Shown here piece after piece: positions 50,821-61,168 of a DNA stretch of 64,000 bases (positions within the stretch are counted from its first letter, which is position 1; the number at the start of each line of letters is the position of its first letter). The stretch spans positions 4,640,001-4,704,000 of the forward strand of contig CBDFKD010000002.1 of assembly GCA_965248695.1 (NCBI GenBank). The letters run 5' to 3'. The notes below the pieces were generated by a model. The model ran no database searches, had not been told where the DNA came from, and worked only from the letters and a program-made list of their open reading frames with translations. The stretch is from Acidobacteriota bacterium (lineage in GTDB: Bacteria; Acidobacteriota; UBA890; WLXD01). A program made the position numbers and the translations under genes.

Positions 50821-52179
50821 ATGAAACGACCAACGCTGGTAGCACTCCGACATCGGGCGCGTTCGCAAGCAACGCGCCGCGCATTCTTGCTGTTGCCGGC
50901 AGTTTCTCTCGCTCTCGCAGCGGTCGCCGGGCTAGCGGCCCAATCACCGACTGAGCAAGCTACCTGGCGGCAGTGGGGCGGACCGCACCGGAACTTCATC
51001 TCCGACGCTACGAGCCTCGCCGACTCGTGGCCCGAGGCCGGCCCCAGGGAAATCTGGAGCCGACCGCTTGGCCTGGGCCATTCCACGATTGTCGTCGACG
51101 ACACCCACCTCTACACGATGTACCGGCCGCACCTCGATGGGGCACCGCCCAACCAATGGGCGGGCGAAGAGCTCGTCATCGCGCTGGACGCTGCCACCGG
51201 AGGAACGATCTGGGAGTACGCCTACGGCTCTCAGCCCTTGGATTTCAGTCGCGGGGCGGGGCCGCACGCGACGCCGCTCATCGTCGGTGAGCGGCTGTTC
51301 ACCGCCGGCACGAACAAGCAGATCCACGCCCTCGACAAGCGGACCGGCGAGGTTGTCTGGTCGCACGATCTCGTCGCTGAGTACGGTGCGCCGCCGACGT
51401 TGATCCGGGCGGTCGTCGGCGTGACGGCCGGCTACGCCTGCAGCCCTCTAGCGTACGACAACATGGTAATCGTGACCGCCGGGGGCGACGGCCAGTCGGT
51501 GATGGCCTTCAATCAGCGCGACGGCTCGCTGGTCTGGAAGAGCGGCGATTTCCTGATCGCGCCATCTTCGCCGATCCTGATCGAGCTTGATGGTGAGACT
51601 CAGCTGGTCGTCGTGGGAGGCCAAACAATCAACGGACTGAACCCGGACAGCGGTGAGATCCTCTGGAGCACCCCGCACGACACCTATGGCGACATGAACA
51701 ACACGACGGCGGTTTGGGGACAGGACAGCGTGTTGTTCGTCTCGTCGGCATACGACGGGGGCAGCCGCGGCATGCGTTTGTCCAGGGCGGGTGGCGGCAC
51801 CAAGGTCGACGAGCTTTGGTTTACTCGTGACATGCAGATCATGTTCGGTAGCACGATTCGGGTGGGCGACTTTATCTACGGAAGCAGCGGTGGCTTCGGG
51901 CCGGCCTTCATCACCGCGCTGGACCTGCGAACGGGCACTACGGCGTGGCGGGAGCGAGGCTTCTCCCGATCGCTGTTCATCTACGCCGACGGTAAGGCGA
52001 TTATCCTCGACGAGGACGGCAACCTGGCGCTCACGGAGGTTTCACCGGAGGGCCTGACGGTCATCTCGAAGGCTGAAGTGCTGACCGGTACATCATGGAC
52101 GGCGCCGACCCTCGTCGGCACGATCCTCTACTTGCGGGACCGGCAAACAATCAAGGCGCTGGAGATCGGCCAACGCTAG
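50821..52179 (+). CDS. PQQ-like beta-propeller repeat protein (BamB-like)
   Basis: Signal peptide; WRQWGGPHRN, ALDAATG..IW, GPHATP, ALD..TG..W repeats, LYLRD. Confidence 0.85.
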   Translation: MKRPTLVALRHRARSQATRRAFLLLPAVSLALAAVAGLAAQSPTEQATWRQWGGPHRNFISDATSLADSWPEAGPREIWSRPLGLGHSTIVVDDTHLYTMYRPHLDGAPPNQWAGEELVIALDAATGGTIWEYAYGSQPLDFSRGAGPHATPLIVGERLFTAGTNKQIHALDKRTGEVVWSHDLVAEYGAPPTLIRAVVGVTAGYACSPLAYDNMVIVTAGGDGQSVMAFNQRDGSLVWKSGDFLIAPSSPILIELDGETQLVVVGGQTINGLNPDSGEILWSTPHDTYGDMNNTTAVWGQDSVLFVSSAYDGGSRGMRLSRAGGGTKVDELWFTRDMQIMFGSTIRVGDFIYGSSGGFGPAFITALDLRTGTTAWRERGFSRSLFIYADGKAIILDEDGNLALTEVSPEGLTVISKAEVLTGTSWTAPTLVGTILYLRDRQTIKALEIGQR

Positions 52180-52296
52180 CGCGCGATCTCTACGTAGATC
52201 AAGCGATGTCACTCGTGTCACAATCAGCCGAGGTGAGTGCGTACGTCGGCTCACCTCATGGGTCGCCGCATCGATAACCCCTTCTTGGGAGCACAC

Positions 52297-53973
52297 ATGC
52301 ACCGAGTCGCCGCACACGCGCTACTGCCGCTGCTTGTTCCGATGGTCCTGGCCGTCGCGCCGAGCGAGGGACTAGAGCAATCGTCCTTCGAGCCAGTCAG
52401 TGACGAAGCGCTCGTGAACCCACCCGACTCGGACTGGCTGAACTGGCGTCGCACCCTCGATGGATGGGGGTTCAGTCCTCTGGAGCAGGTCGATCGGGCC
52501 AACGTCGCCGATCTGAAGCTCGCGTGGTCGTGGGCGCTGGAGCCGGGCGTCTCACAGACCACGCCGCTGGTGTACCGGGGCGTGATGTACATCGCCAGCC
52601 CCGGTGGCGTCGTCCAATCGCTCGATGCGAGATCCGGAGACCTGCTCTGGGAGTACCGCCGCGAAACCGACGAGCCCCCTCGCGCGAGTGAGCAGATGCG
52701 CAGCCTCGCGATCTTCGAGGATCTGATCGTCCTCAATACGGACGATGCCCACGTCATCGCCATCGACGCCCGCACGGGCCAAGTACGCTGGGACACACCA
52801 ACGGCAGCGGAAGGTACGACGCGCAGATTCACGAGCGGTCCCATCGTCGCCGACGGAGTCATCATCGCCGGGCAGGCCAGTTGCAGGGCAGATCAGGGTG
52901 GGTGCGACATCGTGGGCCTGGAGGGGCGCACGGGCCGCGAGCTCTGGCGTACGTCCACGGTTCCGCGGCCCGGCGAGCCTGGTGGTGACACGTGGGGCGG
53001 CGTACCGATGGAGTCGCGCGCCGGTGGCGAGCCTTGGATGAGCGGGAGCTACGACCCCGACACGGGGTTGGCGTTTTGGGGCACGGCCCAGGCCAAGCCC
53101 TGGGCCCGTGCAGCACGCGGCACGGGAGATGGAATCGAGCTGTACACCAACTCGACGCTCGCGCTGGACGCACGCACCGGAGCCATCGAGTGGCACTACC
53201 AGCACATCCCCGCCGAGTCGCACGATATGGATGAGGCGTACGAGCGTATCCTGATCGACTACGACGGCAAGAGATCCGTCTTCACGATGGGAAAGCTCGG
53301 CATCCTTTGGGAGCTCAACAGAGATACTGGCACGTTCGTCCGGGCCGTCGATCTCGGGTATCAGACGCTTGTCGACGTGGACCCCGAGATCGGGCGAGTG
53401 ACCTACCGGCCGGGCGTCCTGGAGCTCGAACAGTCGTTCTACTTCTGTCCGAACACCGGAGGGTTCAGGAGCTTCCGCACCCTCGCGTACCATCCGCAGG
53501 TGAAAGCCTTCTACGTACCGCTCAACCTCACCTGCGAGACGGGCGCCTTCGTTGCGGCCGGGGGCGTGCGTGATCGGATCAACCACTTCCACCCCAAGAG
53601 CCCCGACAAAACGGGGGAGTTCATGGCACTGGACCTCCGTACCGGGGAGCCCCGGTGGAGCCAAAGACGTCGCGCACCGTACAACACCTCCGCTCTCACG
53701 ACGGAGGGAGGCCTTGTGTTCGTCGGCGCATGGGATCGGTACGTCTTCGCGTACGACGCGGCCACCGGCGATGAGCTCTGGCGGTCCAGGCTACCCACGA
53801 TGGCGAACGGGTCACCCATCACGTATTCGGTAGACGGCCAGCAGTACATCGCCTTCGTGGCGGGGCGCGGCATTCCCGGATCGAGCTGGACGACGATCGT
53901 TCCCTCTGACTTGTTTCCGGAGATCCGGAACCCCAACCACGGAAACGGCGTCTTCGTCTTCTCGCTGCCCTGA
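52297..53973 (+). CDS. PQQ-dependent dehydrogenase (alcohol dehydrogenase-like)
   Basis: DWLNWRRTLDGWGFSPLEQV, LKLAWS, TPLV, GSYDP, LYTNSTLALD, WHYQH..HDMD, SPITYSVDGQQYI. Confidence 0.88.
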   Translation: MHRVAAHALLPLLVPMVLAVAPSEGLEQSSFEPVSDEALVNPPDSDWLNWRRTLDGWGFSPLEQVDRANVADLKLAWSWALEPGVSQTTPLVYRGVMYIASPGGVVQSLDARSGDLLWEYRRETDEPPRASEQMRSLAIFEDLIVLNTDDAHVIAIDARTGQVRWDTPTAAEGTTRRFTSGPIVADGVIIAGQASCRADQGGCDIVGLEGRTGRELWRTSTVPRPGEPGGDTWGGVPMESRAGGEPWMSGSYDPDTGLAFWGTAQAKPWARAARGTGDGIELYTNSTLALDARTGAIEWHYQHIPAESHDMDEAYERILIDYDGKRSVFTMGKLGILWELNRDTGTFVRAVDLGYQTLVDVDPEIGRVTYRPGVLELEQSFYFCPNTGGFRSFRTLAYHPQVKAFYVPLNLTCETGAFVAAGGVRDRINHFHPKSPDKTGEFMALDLRTGEPRWSQRRRAPYNTSALTTEGGLVFVGAWDRYVFAYDAATGDELWRSRLPTMANGSPITYSVDGQQYIAFVAGRGIPGSSWTTIVPSDLFPEIRNPNHGNGVFVFSLP

Positions 53974-54037
53974 TCGCCGATAGCCGAGGCCCAGGAAGGC
54001 GTCCCGTCACAGAATCGGGTACGTCGTCGCTACTTGC

Positions 54038-54820
54038 CTACGGCTGAGGATTCGTCTCCGAGCGCGGCTCTTGATCGAAGATGATCCAGAACTTCCGCAG
54101 GGTACCGGACGACCACTTGTGCGTGGCTCCCTTCGGAATGAGCACGGCATCTCCAGCCCCGAACGTATGCTCGCTTCCGTCCGGCTGGGTCAGCGTCACG
54201 TTTCCGCTGAGGAAGACCATGACCTCGGAGAACTCCGGCGTGTAGAACTCGGTGTCCGTTAGCGGGGCGGTCTCCCAGACTCCGACGGACGAGCGGTTCG
54301 GCCCGCTGAAGTAGGTGTGCGACTTGGTGGAACCCTCCCCGGTCAAGCCATCGGCACCACCGCTCGGATCGAGGCGGATGAAGGTCGGGGGCTCCCCATC
54401 GGCTGAAGACTCCTCGTCCGACTCCTCCACGTCGAAGATGACGTAGTACTCACGCATCCTCTCGTCCTGCTCCCACGTGACTTCCGTGCCTCTCGGAAGC
54501 AGGACCGCCTCGCCGGGGCGGAACGTCTCCTTGCGGCCACGTGCGTCGGTGAGCATCAGGGAGCCCTCTAGCACGTAGACGAACTCCGTATACTGGAGCG
54601 TATACGACGGTCCAGGCGGGATGGCCTCCGATTCCCAGACGGCGACCCGCTCGTTGCCGTCCGATCGGAAGAAGGTGTGCGACCGCGAGTTGCCTTCTCC
54701 AGTCAAGCCCACACCCGGCTCTCCGTCGGGGCTCAGTGGAATGATGGCGGTATGGGTTTGCACGCTCGCGCTGCCCGCCCAAGTCGCGAACAACAGGATC
54801 AGTCCCCATAGGCCTTTCAT
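54038..54820 (-). CDS. Exported tandem cupin (EutQ/DUF861-like) protein
   Basis: Signal peptide; two internal repeats GLTGEG..SHT.F...VWE...E...L.G...P.G...W. Confidence 0.75.
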   Translation of the reverse strand: MKGLWGLILLFATWAGSASVQTHTAIIPLSPDGEPGVGLTGEGNSRSHTFFRSDGNERVAVWESEAIPPGPSYTLQYTEFVYVLEGSLMLTDARGRKETFRPGEAVLLPRGTEVTWEQDERMREYYVIFDVEESDEESSADGEPPTFIRLDPSGGADGLTGEGSTKSHTYFSGPNRSSVGVWETAPLTDTEFYTPEFSEVMVFLSGNVTLTQPDGSEHTFGAGDAVLIPKGATHKWSSGTLRKFWIIFDQEPRSETNPQP

Positions 54821-55020
54821 CGTCCAACCTCAGCGTTGAGAAGCTGTGGACCCGCTCGAGCCGCCACGGGGACCCTCGACGGGCGGACCGGGCGGTGCGG
54901 ATGGGATGTCAGCCATGAGCTCCTGCTCACGAAAGCCGATCCCAATTACCGAGCAACCTAGTCTAGGGCCACGCCACGGGACCGCGCCAGGGGCACTTGC
55001 CAGAGCCACGTGCCAGGAGG

Positions 55021-57090
55021 TCACCGAGAACCGAGCTCGACTCCCATCAGCCAGTTCCAGTGGGTCGTGGCGCGGGCCTCCACGACATCGACGTCCCTCC
55101 GAAGCAAGAATCCCTCGTCCACGAGGTCCTCGGCCGCTTCGCTGACTCTTGCCAGGAACTCGGCCGCCGAACCGTAGAGCGCCTCCAGGGAAGGCCGTGG
55201 GTCGCCGGTCGCACGCCGCGCCGCCTCCGTGCGGGGGAGCGGGATGTAACTCCCGATGTAGCTGTCGAGGACTTGGGGCCGGCCAGGTCCCTGATTCCAC
55301 GGACCCCCGCGGAGAAGCCACGGCGTGTAGGTGGCGAGCGGCGCACGAAGCTCGTAGGGGCGGATACCGCCTCGGGTGTTGCCCAACTCGTCGACCTGCG
55401 GTACCAGGGACGGAAACGAGGGGCCGAGCATCGGCGGCTGATTCGTGACCACACCTTCCGACTCGAACCTTGGCCCGTAATCCGTACGGTACGCCACATG
55501 CGGCGTGCCGCCCGGTCCCCGCACGCCGGGGATCGACGGGAAGGCCAGCTCTGGGGGATGCACGAGCGTTCCATCGGCGACGTGAGGATACGTGCTCAGG
55601 GGCGGATCGACACCCCGGTCCACCCACTCCACCAACCGCTGCGTCAAGGCTCGGAGGGTGAGCCGGAAGTCCACCGGGTTCCCGCGGTACGCGGGCGTGT
55701 TCGCGATTCGGTACTCGTGGGATGGTTCGAGCCAGGTGATCATGTGCTGCCCACCGGCGAGCAGATAGATCCGCTCGTTCGGATGCAAGGGCACATCCCG
55801 CGCGCCATCCGCCGAGGTGTGGATCAGCGACGCGGCGCGCCCCCAGTACTCGTAGTCGGCGTTGGTCTGGAAGATCAGGGGCACATGGTCATCGCTCTGC
55901 TGGCTAAGCAGCCCGCCCCGCGAACCATCGAGCGGATCCTCCTGATCCAGGCTCGTGAAGGGGAACACGTCGCTCGGATAGAAAAATGCCGAGTAGGGAT
56001 GTCCATCCCTGGAAGGCTGCGCGAAGCGATGGTTGAAGCTGCCTCGTCCGGCTCCGGCGACCTGGATGAGCATCCCGTCGTAGGCCTTCCGGCCACGTTC
56101 GTCCGTGTTCAACCCCTGGTAGAGGAAGTGCCTCAGGAACCGCCCCGTCTGGGAGAAGCCGAATGCGATTCCGCGTTCGACGGGAAAGAGCGCCTCCGGA
56201 TCGTACTTCGCGTAGGAAATGACATCTCGCACCGCCGCGAGACCCACGCCCACGACGTATGGGTCCTGCGCCTCGTACACCAGCTCGTAGATCTTCCCCG
56301 CCTGGAAACCACCCTCCAGTCGAATCGCACCGAGCTTCTCCTGGCTCGGGAGACGAATGAACTCCCAGCTCTGTCGGGGGAGCACCTGCCGGGCGCCCTC
56401 CCGGCTTTCCCTGACGGTCAGAACGTCGCCGGCTCTGCCGGGCGCGACCGGAGGATAGGCCCTGGGGCGGTTCATGTGCCCGAGCAGCAGGACGTCTTCA
56501 CTCCGATCCAGCGTCCAGTCCGCGCGTGCCAAACCCCGGACCGTCTCCGTGCCATCCCGGGCGAAAGGAGCACGCAGTCCAAGAGCGTGCCCCTCTTCGG
56601 GGATGTCGTACTGCCATCCAATGATCACGATCGTGAGCCCGAGGTCCATCAGCAAGCCGTCGCCGAAGTGTTCGGGGGCCCATGGGTCGGGCTCGCGAGT
56701 ATCCGCCAAGTTGAGGTACTGGAAGGCGGCCAGTCGTCCCCGGTTGCTGACCTCCACCAGGCCAATGCCTCGCCTCCGGGCCGGGTCCTTCGGCTGGAAC
56801 GCGCGAAAATCCGCCCACACTTCCACGAGACTGTCAGCGTTCCGAGGCGCCAGCTCCAGATCGACGATGGCTCGATTCTGCGGATTGGCGGGATCGAAGG
56901 CGAAGAGGATCCGGCCCACGAGCATCTCGTAAGCCCCCGCTTGTCCGAAGGCTCGTCCGCCCAGGATGTCCACGCCCCGATCCACGATCACGCTCACCAC
57001 GCTTCCCTGAACAGGCTGGCAATCGGCCAGGAGGAGCGCCGTCACGATGGCTACGGGCAGGAAACTCTCTCTGAGAAGGCGGTGGGTCAT
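55021..57090 (-). CDS. Alpha/beta hydrolase domain protein
   Basis: Signal-like N-terminus; EVSNRG, GWQYD, GFSQTGRFLR nucleophile elbow, EYWGR, VPQVDELGN. Confidence 0.8.
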   Translation of the reverse strand: MTHRLLRESFLPVAIVTALLLADCQPVQGSVVSVIVDRGVDILGGRAFGQAGAYEMLVGRILFAFDPANPQNRAIVDLELAPRNADSLVEVWADFRAFQPKDPARRRGIGLVEVSNRGRLAAFQYLNLADTREPDPWAPEHFGDGLLMDLGLTIVIIGWQYDIPEEGHALGLRAPFARDGTETVRGLARADWTLDRSEDVLLLGHMNRPRAYPPVAPGRAGDVLTVRESREGARQVLPRQSWEFIRLPSQEKLGAIRLEGGFQAGKIYELVYEAQDPYVVGVGLAAVRDVISYAKYDPEALFPVERGIAFGFSQTGRFLRHFLYQGLNTDERGRKAYDGMLIQVAGAGRGSFNHRFAQPSRDGHPYSAFFYPSDVFPFTSLDQEDPLDGSRGGLLSQQSDDHVPLIFQTNADYEYWGRAASLIHTSADGARDVPLHPNERIYLLAGGQHMITWLEPSHEYRIANTPAYRGNPVDFRLTLRALTQRLVEWVDRGVDPPLSTYPHVADGTLVHPPELAFPSIPGVRGPGGTPHVAYRTDYGPRFESEGVVTNQPPMLGPSFPSLVPQVDELGNTRGGIRPYELRAPLATYTPWLLRGGPWNQGPGRPQVLDSYIGSYIPLPRTEAARRATGDPRPSLEALYGSAAEFLARVSEAAEDLVDEGFLLRRDVDVVEARATTHWNWLMGVELGSR

Positions 57091-57166
57091 GTAGGCTCTC
57101 TGGCTGTTCCGCTGCATTGTGTCGCGAACGCAGGCAACCCACCAGCACCGCCGGTCTGAGGTTCAC

Positions 57167-59086
57167 ATGAGGGATCGAGATCTTGAACTCGGGATGCGCC
57201 GGGAAATTAGCCGTCGCGACTTTGTCTCCGGCATCGGCGTTGCGCTGAGCGGCAGTCTCACGCTCCCATGGGCGCAGACGGATGCGTTGGCGAGCCCTGA
57301 GGCCCCGGGAGGGGTCTCGCAGGCGCTCGCCGACACGTATCCACCCATCCGCACCGGGTTGCGCGGCAGCCACGCCGGCTCCTACGAGGTTGCCCACCAG
57401 CTTGTCCAGGGCATGCGCTGGGACAACGCGGAGGACACGGGTGAGCTCTACGATCTGGTCGTGGTTGGCGGTGGCCTCAGCGGCCTCGCGGCGGCGTGGT
57501 TCTATCAGGAGGCTGTTCCCGGCGCCCGCATCCTGATTCTCGATAACCACGACGATTTCGGCGGTCATGCCAAGCGCAACGAGTTCCGGCTCGACGGTCG
57601 GATGTTCCTGTCGAATGGCGGCACGGTCTTTGTCCAAGACCTGAACGAGTACGGTGAAGGAGCCCAGCGCCTGATCCGCGGGATTGGCATCGACGTAGGC
57701 CGCTACTCCGAATTCCTCGATAGAGATCTGTACAGCTCGCACGGCCTGCGCAGATCGGTCTTCTTCGACCGCGAAACGTTCGGCTCCGATCGGCTGCTGG
57801 TGGGCGAAGGCAGGCCCTCCTGGCGCGAGTTCCTGGCGCGCGCACCCCTGTCCGAAACGGCACGCGATGAGCTTGTAAGACTCCACGAGCCGGACATCGA
57901 CTACCTGGCGCACTTCAGCTCGGAGGAAAAGGTCGAGCTTCTTCGCAGCATGAGCTACGAGGACTTCCTCTTGAAGGTAGCCAAGGTGGGTCGCGAGGCA
58001 ATCTCCTTCCTCGAGACCTCCGGCGGTTGGACCATCGGCCTCGACGGCGTCCCCGCCGGGCTCGTCGCCGGCAACTGGCCTGGGACCACCGGGCTGGGGC
58101 TCGGCGACGATGATGATGATGATGCTGATAACCGCGAGGAGCGTGCTTTCTTCCAGTTTCCGGATGGCAACGCGTCGATCGCGCGTCTGATCGTCCGGTC
58201 GCTGATCCCAGAGGTCGCTCCCGGCAGCACGATGGAAGACATCGTCGACGCTCCGTTCGACTATGGCAAGCTCGATCGGAAGGGCTCGGCTGTCCGCGTG
58301 CGTCTGGAGAGCACGGCGGTACGAGTAGGCCATCGCGGCGATCGGCGAACGGCCGAAGAAGTCGATGTCACCTACGTCCGCCACGGCCACGCCCGGCGAG
58401 TGCGCGCCGGTCGTTGCGTGCTTGCCTGCTACAACGCCGTTATTCCTTCGATTTGTGAGGAACTGCCGGATCCGCAAAAACACGCGCTATCGAACGCACT
58501 CAAGTCGCCCCTTATCTACACCAACGTCCTGATCCGCAACTGGACCGCCTTCGCCAAGCTCGGTGCGAGCAGGGTTCGCTGCCCGGGCAGCTACTTCGAG
58601 AGCGTCAATGTGCAGCGCCCGATCAGCATTGGGAGCTACCGACACGCGAGCACGCCTGACGAGCCTATGGTCGTGCGTATGTCCCGCATTCCCCTGGCGC
58701 CGGAGGCCCGCGGGCGGTCCGTGCCTGAACAGTGGAAGGCCGCGCGCCGGGGTCTTCTGGCGACGACGTTCGAGACCTTCGAGCGCAAGGTCAGGGATCA
58801 GCTCGGCCGGATACTGTCCGCCGGCGGCTTCGACCCGGCGCGCGACATCGCGGCGATAACCGTGAATCGCTGGCCACACGGCTATGCCTACGGCCAAGAT
58901 CCGAAGACGGGTGAGGTCGCGTGGAGCCCCGATGATCTGCCGCCCGAGCGTTGTCCGTGGCTCGTCGCGCGCCAACCTTTTGGCCGGATCGCAATCGCCA
59001 ACTCCGACGCGGGCGCGTGGGCCATGACCGAGGTCGCCATTGGTGAGGCGCATCGGGCGGTGACGGACTTGTTGCCGACAACGTGA
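57167..59086 (+). CDS. spdH: Tat-exported FAD oxidoreductase, spermidine dehydrogenase-like
   Basis: ISRRDF twin-arginine; YPP..TGLRGSH, VVGGGLSG, DNHDDFGGHAKRNEF, FPDGNAS, ITVNRWPHGYAY, IANSD. Confidence 0.8.
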   Translation: MRDRDLELGMRREISRRDFVSGIGVALSGSLTLPWAQTDALASPEAPGGVSQALADTYPPIRTGLRGSHAGSYEVAHQLVQGMRWDNAEDTGELYDLVVVGGGLSGLAAAWFYQEAVPGARILILDNHDDFGGHAKRNEFRLDGRMFLSNGGTVFVQDLNEYGEGAQRLIRGIGIDVGRYSEFLDRDLYSSHGLRRSVFFDRETFGSDRLLVGEGRPSWREFLARAPLSETARDELVRLHEPDIDYLAHFSSEEKVELLRSMSYEDFLLKVAKVGREAISFLETSGGWTIGLDGVPAGLVAGNWPGTTGLGLGDDDDDDADNREERAFFQFPDGNASIARLIVRSLIPEVAPGSTMEDIVDAPFDYGKLDRKGSAVRVRLESTAVRVGHRGDRRTAEEVDVTYVRHGHARRVRAGRCVLACYNAVIPSICEELPDPQKHALSNALKSPLIYTNVLIRNWTAFAKLGASRVRCPGSYFESVNVQRPISIGSYRHASTPDEPMVVRMSRIPLAPEARGRSVPEQWKAARRGLLATTFETFERKVRDQLGRILSAGGFDPARDIAAITVNRWPHGYAYGQDPKTGEVAWSPDDLPPERCPWLVARQPFGRIAIANSDAGAWAMTEVAIGEAHRAVTDLLPTT

Positions 59087-59364
59087 GCCCTCGTGAGCGG
59101 GTCACTGCCATCGATGTGTAGGTGGCGGAATCACGTCGGTATATACACTCGTAGAAACGGCTCTCGCCGCATATTGCCGCACCGAGCGCTTCTCTCATTG
59201 CGTTTCCTGACGAATTCGCACGCAATGCCGACAACTATGGTGAACGCGTCGAACTCAAACCCGAAAAAGCCTGCATGCGCATACGATATAAGCGAACTTG
59301 GTTTCGCCCAGGCAGACTGCACCCCCGACGACGACTTGCCCGACACCCTGAAAGCGAGCGCAAA

Positions 59365-61092
59365 GTGCCGCAGACTTTCCGCACCATCGTCCCGCGCGCC
59401 ATCATCGTCGCTCTTGTATCGATCGCGAGCACGGTCGCCGCACCTGCCTCTCGAGCCACCGACGCCGACACCTCCGTGCACGTCGAGACACCCCTTGGCG
59501 CCTTCGATATCCGGCTGTTCCCGGGTAGCGCTCCGATCACGGTCGCGAACTTCCTCGAGTACGTGAACGACGGAGACTACGAGAACTCCTTCGTCCACCG
59601 GAAGGTGTCCGGGTTCGTGATCCAGGGTGGTGGGTTTGTCTTCAACAACAACGCCACGATCAGCGTAGTGCGAGCCAGGGCGCCGATCCCGAACGAGTTC
59701 AGCCTCTCCAACCTGCGCGGAACGATCGCGATGGCGAAGGTGGGCGGTGACCCGAACAGCGCCACAAGCCAGTGGTTCATCAACCTCTCTGACAACGGCG
59801 ACACGCTCGATTCAGACAACGGTGGGTACGCGGTCTTCGGTGAGGTCGTGGGCGACGGCATGTCAGTGGTCGACGCGATGGCCGCGGCACCGACCTTCCC
59901 GTTCGGCGAGGGACTAACGGCCGTACCGCTTATCAATTACACGTCCTCAGACCCACCCGTGCGCGAGAACATGATACTGACGATGTTCACCGACACGTCG
60001 AGCCCGGACCTCGGGTCGATCAAGCCCGTCCTACTGCGGAACGCGCGCACCCGCCGTTGGCGATCGTACCGGCTCCGATTCGAGCGCGATGCGGTAAGGA
60101 TCACGCAGAAGGGCCCGGTTGGCCTGACCCGTAACGCGGCCTTCGAGGTCGTCTCCCGAGGCGACTTCGACGGCGATCTCGAGCCGGACGTCCTACTTCG
60201 CGATACGGGTGGAGCACGCCGGCGGCAGGCGCGCGGGTCGGCCGCGGCCAGTGGCTGGCTCCTGGCGACCCTGGTAGGGAAGAAGATGACCTCGAACGGT
60301 GCCGTCGATTTGACCACCGACCCCGAGTTCGAGGTCGTCTCGACTGCGGACTTCAACCGCGACGGGAAAGCGGATGTGCTGTTGCGCAATCCGGTCGACG
60401 ACAGCTGGCTGCTATATCGACTTGCAGGACAGACGGTGCTGTCGGAGCTGCGCCTCTCCCTCGGCACACAACCTACCGACAGGCTCGTGAGCACGGCCGA
60501 CTTCAATGCCGACGGTCGCGCCGACTTCCTCCTGCAGCGAGCCGACGGCACGTGGCTGCTGAACGCAAGCACCACGACCGGCGGCTACCAGTCCGCCGAA
60601 CCAAAGATCGACCCGAGCGCGAAGTACACGGTCCAGGCCGTAGCCGACTTCGACGGCGACGACTTCACCGACGTGCTGATGCGCGAAGACAAAGGCGGCT
60701 GGTCGATGTACCTGCTCGATGGTGCGGGCGTTCGCAAGAAGGCCACGCCCCGTATGTCGAAGGACACAGACTACAGACTCGAATCCCACGCCGACTTCAA
60801 CGGCGACGGCAACGCCGACGTGTTGCTTCGCCACGCTGACGGGAGCTGGTACCTGTACTCGCTCGACGGCCGCAAGATCCTGAGCGAGGGGAGCCTCGAG
60901 ATGAGCGCCGACCCAGAGTTCGAGGTCGCCTCGATCACCGATTTCAACGGCGATCGCAAGGCCGATGTGCTCGCGCGTCACGCCAAGGGCAACTGGATGC
61001 TCTACATTCTGGATGGTGACGGACCGTCGGTGATTGCCTCCGGCGCCGCACCTTTACCGAAGAGTAACAACTGGGTGTTGCAGCCCGACTAG
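59365..61092 (+). CDS. Secreted cyclophilin-type peptidyl-prolyl isomerase with C-terminal FG-GAP/VCBS repeats
   Basis: APITVANFL, FVIQGGG, RGTIAMAK, SATSQWFIN, YAVFG; six DF(N/D)xDxxxD repeats. Confidence 0.88.
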   Translation: MPQTFRTIVPRAIIVALVSIASTVAAPASRATDADTSVHVETPLGAFDIRLFPGSAPITVANFLEYVNDGDYENSFVHRKVSGFVIQGGGFVFNNNATISVVRARAPIPNEFSLSNLRGTIAMAKVGGDPNSATSQWFINLSDNGDTLDSDNGGYAVFGEVVGDGMSVVDAMAAAPTFPFGEGLTAVPLINYTSSDPPVRENMILTMFTDTSSPDLGSIKPVLLRNARTRRWRSYRLRFERDAVRITQKGPVGLTRNAAFEVVSRGDFDGDLEPDVLLRDTGGARRRQARGSAAASGWLLATLVGKKMTSNGAVDLTTDPEFEVVSTADFNRDGKADVLLRNPVDDSWLLYRLAGQTVLSELRLSLGTQPTDRLVSTADFNADGRADFLLQRADGTWLLNASTTTGGYQSAEPKIDPSAKYTVQAVADFDGDDFTDVLMREDKGGWSMYLLDGAGVRKKATPRMSKDTDYRLESHADFNGDGNADVLLRHADGSWYLYSLDGRKILSEGSLEMSADPEFEVASITDFNGDRKADVLARHAKGNWMLYILDGDGPSVIASGAAPLPKSNNWVLQPD

Positions 61093-61168
61093 GCGGCGCA
61101 TCGAGGAAGCAGGATTCCCAGTAGCAGGAATGGCGCGAGTCGCCGGCGTCGTTTCATGGGATGAACGG

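Noticed and set aside
54997-57159. Long antisense ORFs (720 aa here; also 16700..18673 and 56834..58483)
   Set aside because: Shadow ORFs opposite well-supported genes, expected at high GC.
58106-58123. (GAT)n microsatellite as a phase-variation tract
   Set aside because: Short in-frame trinucleotide run encoding a poly-Asp loop; slippage would not shift frame.
60140-60980. Regularly spaced GACTTC(A/G)AC repeats as a possible CRISPR array
   Set aside because: They are in-frame FG-GAP protein repeats, degenerate at DNA level; no cas genes.
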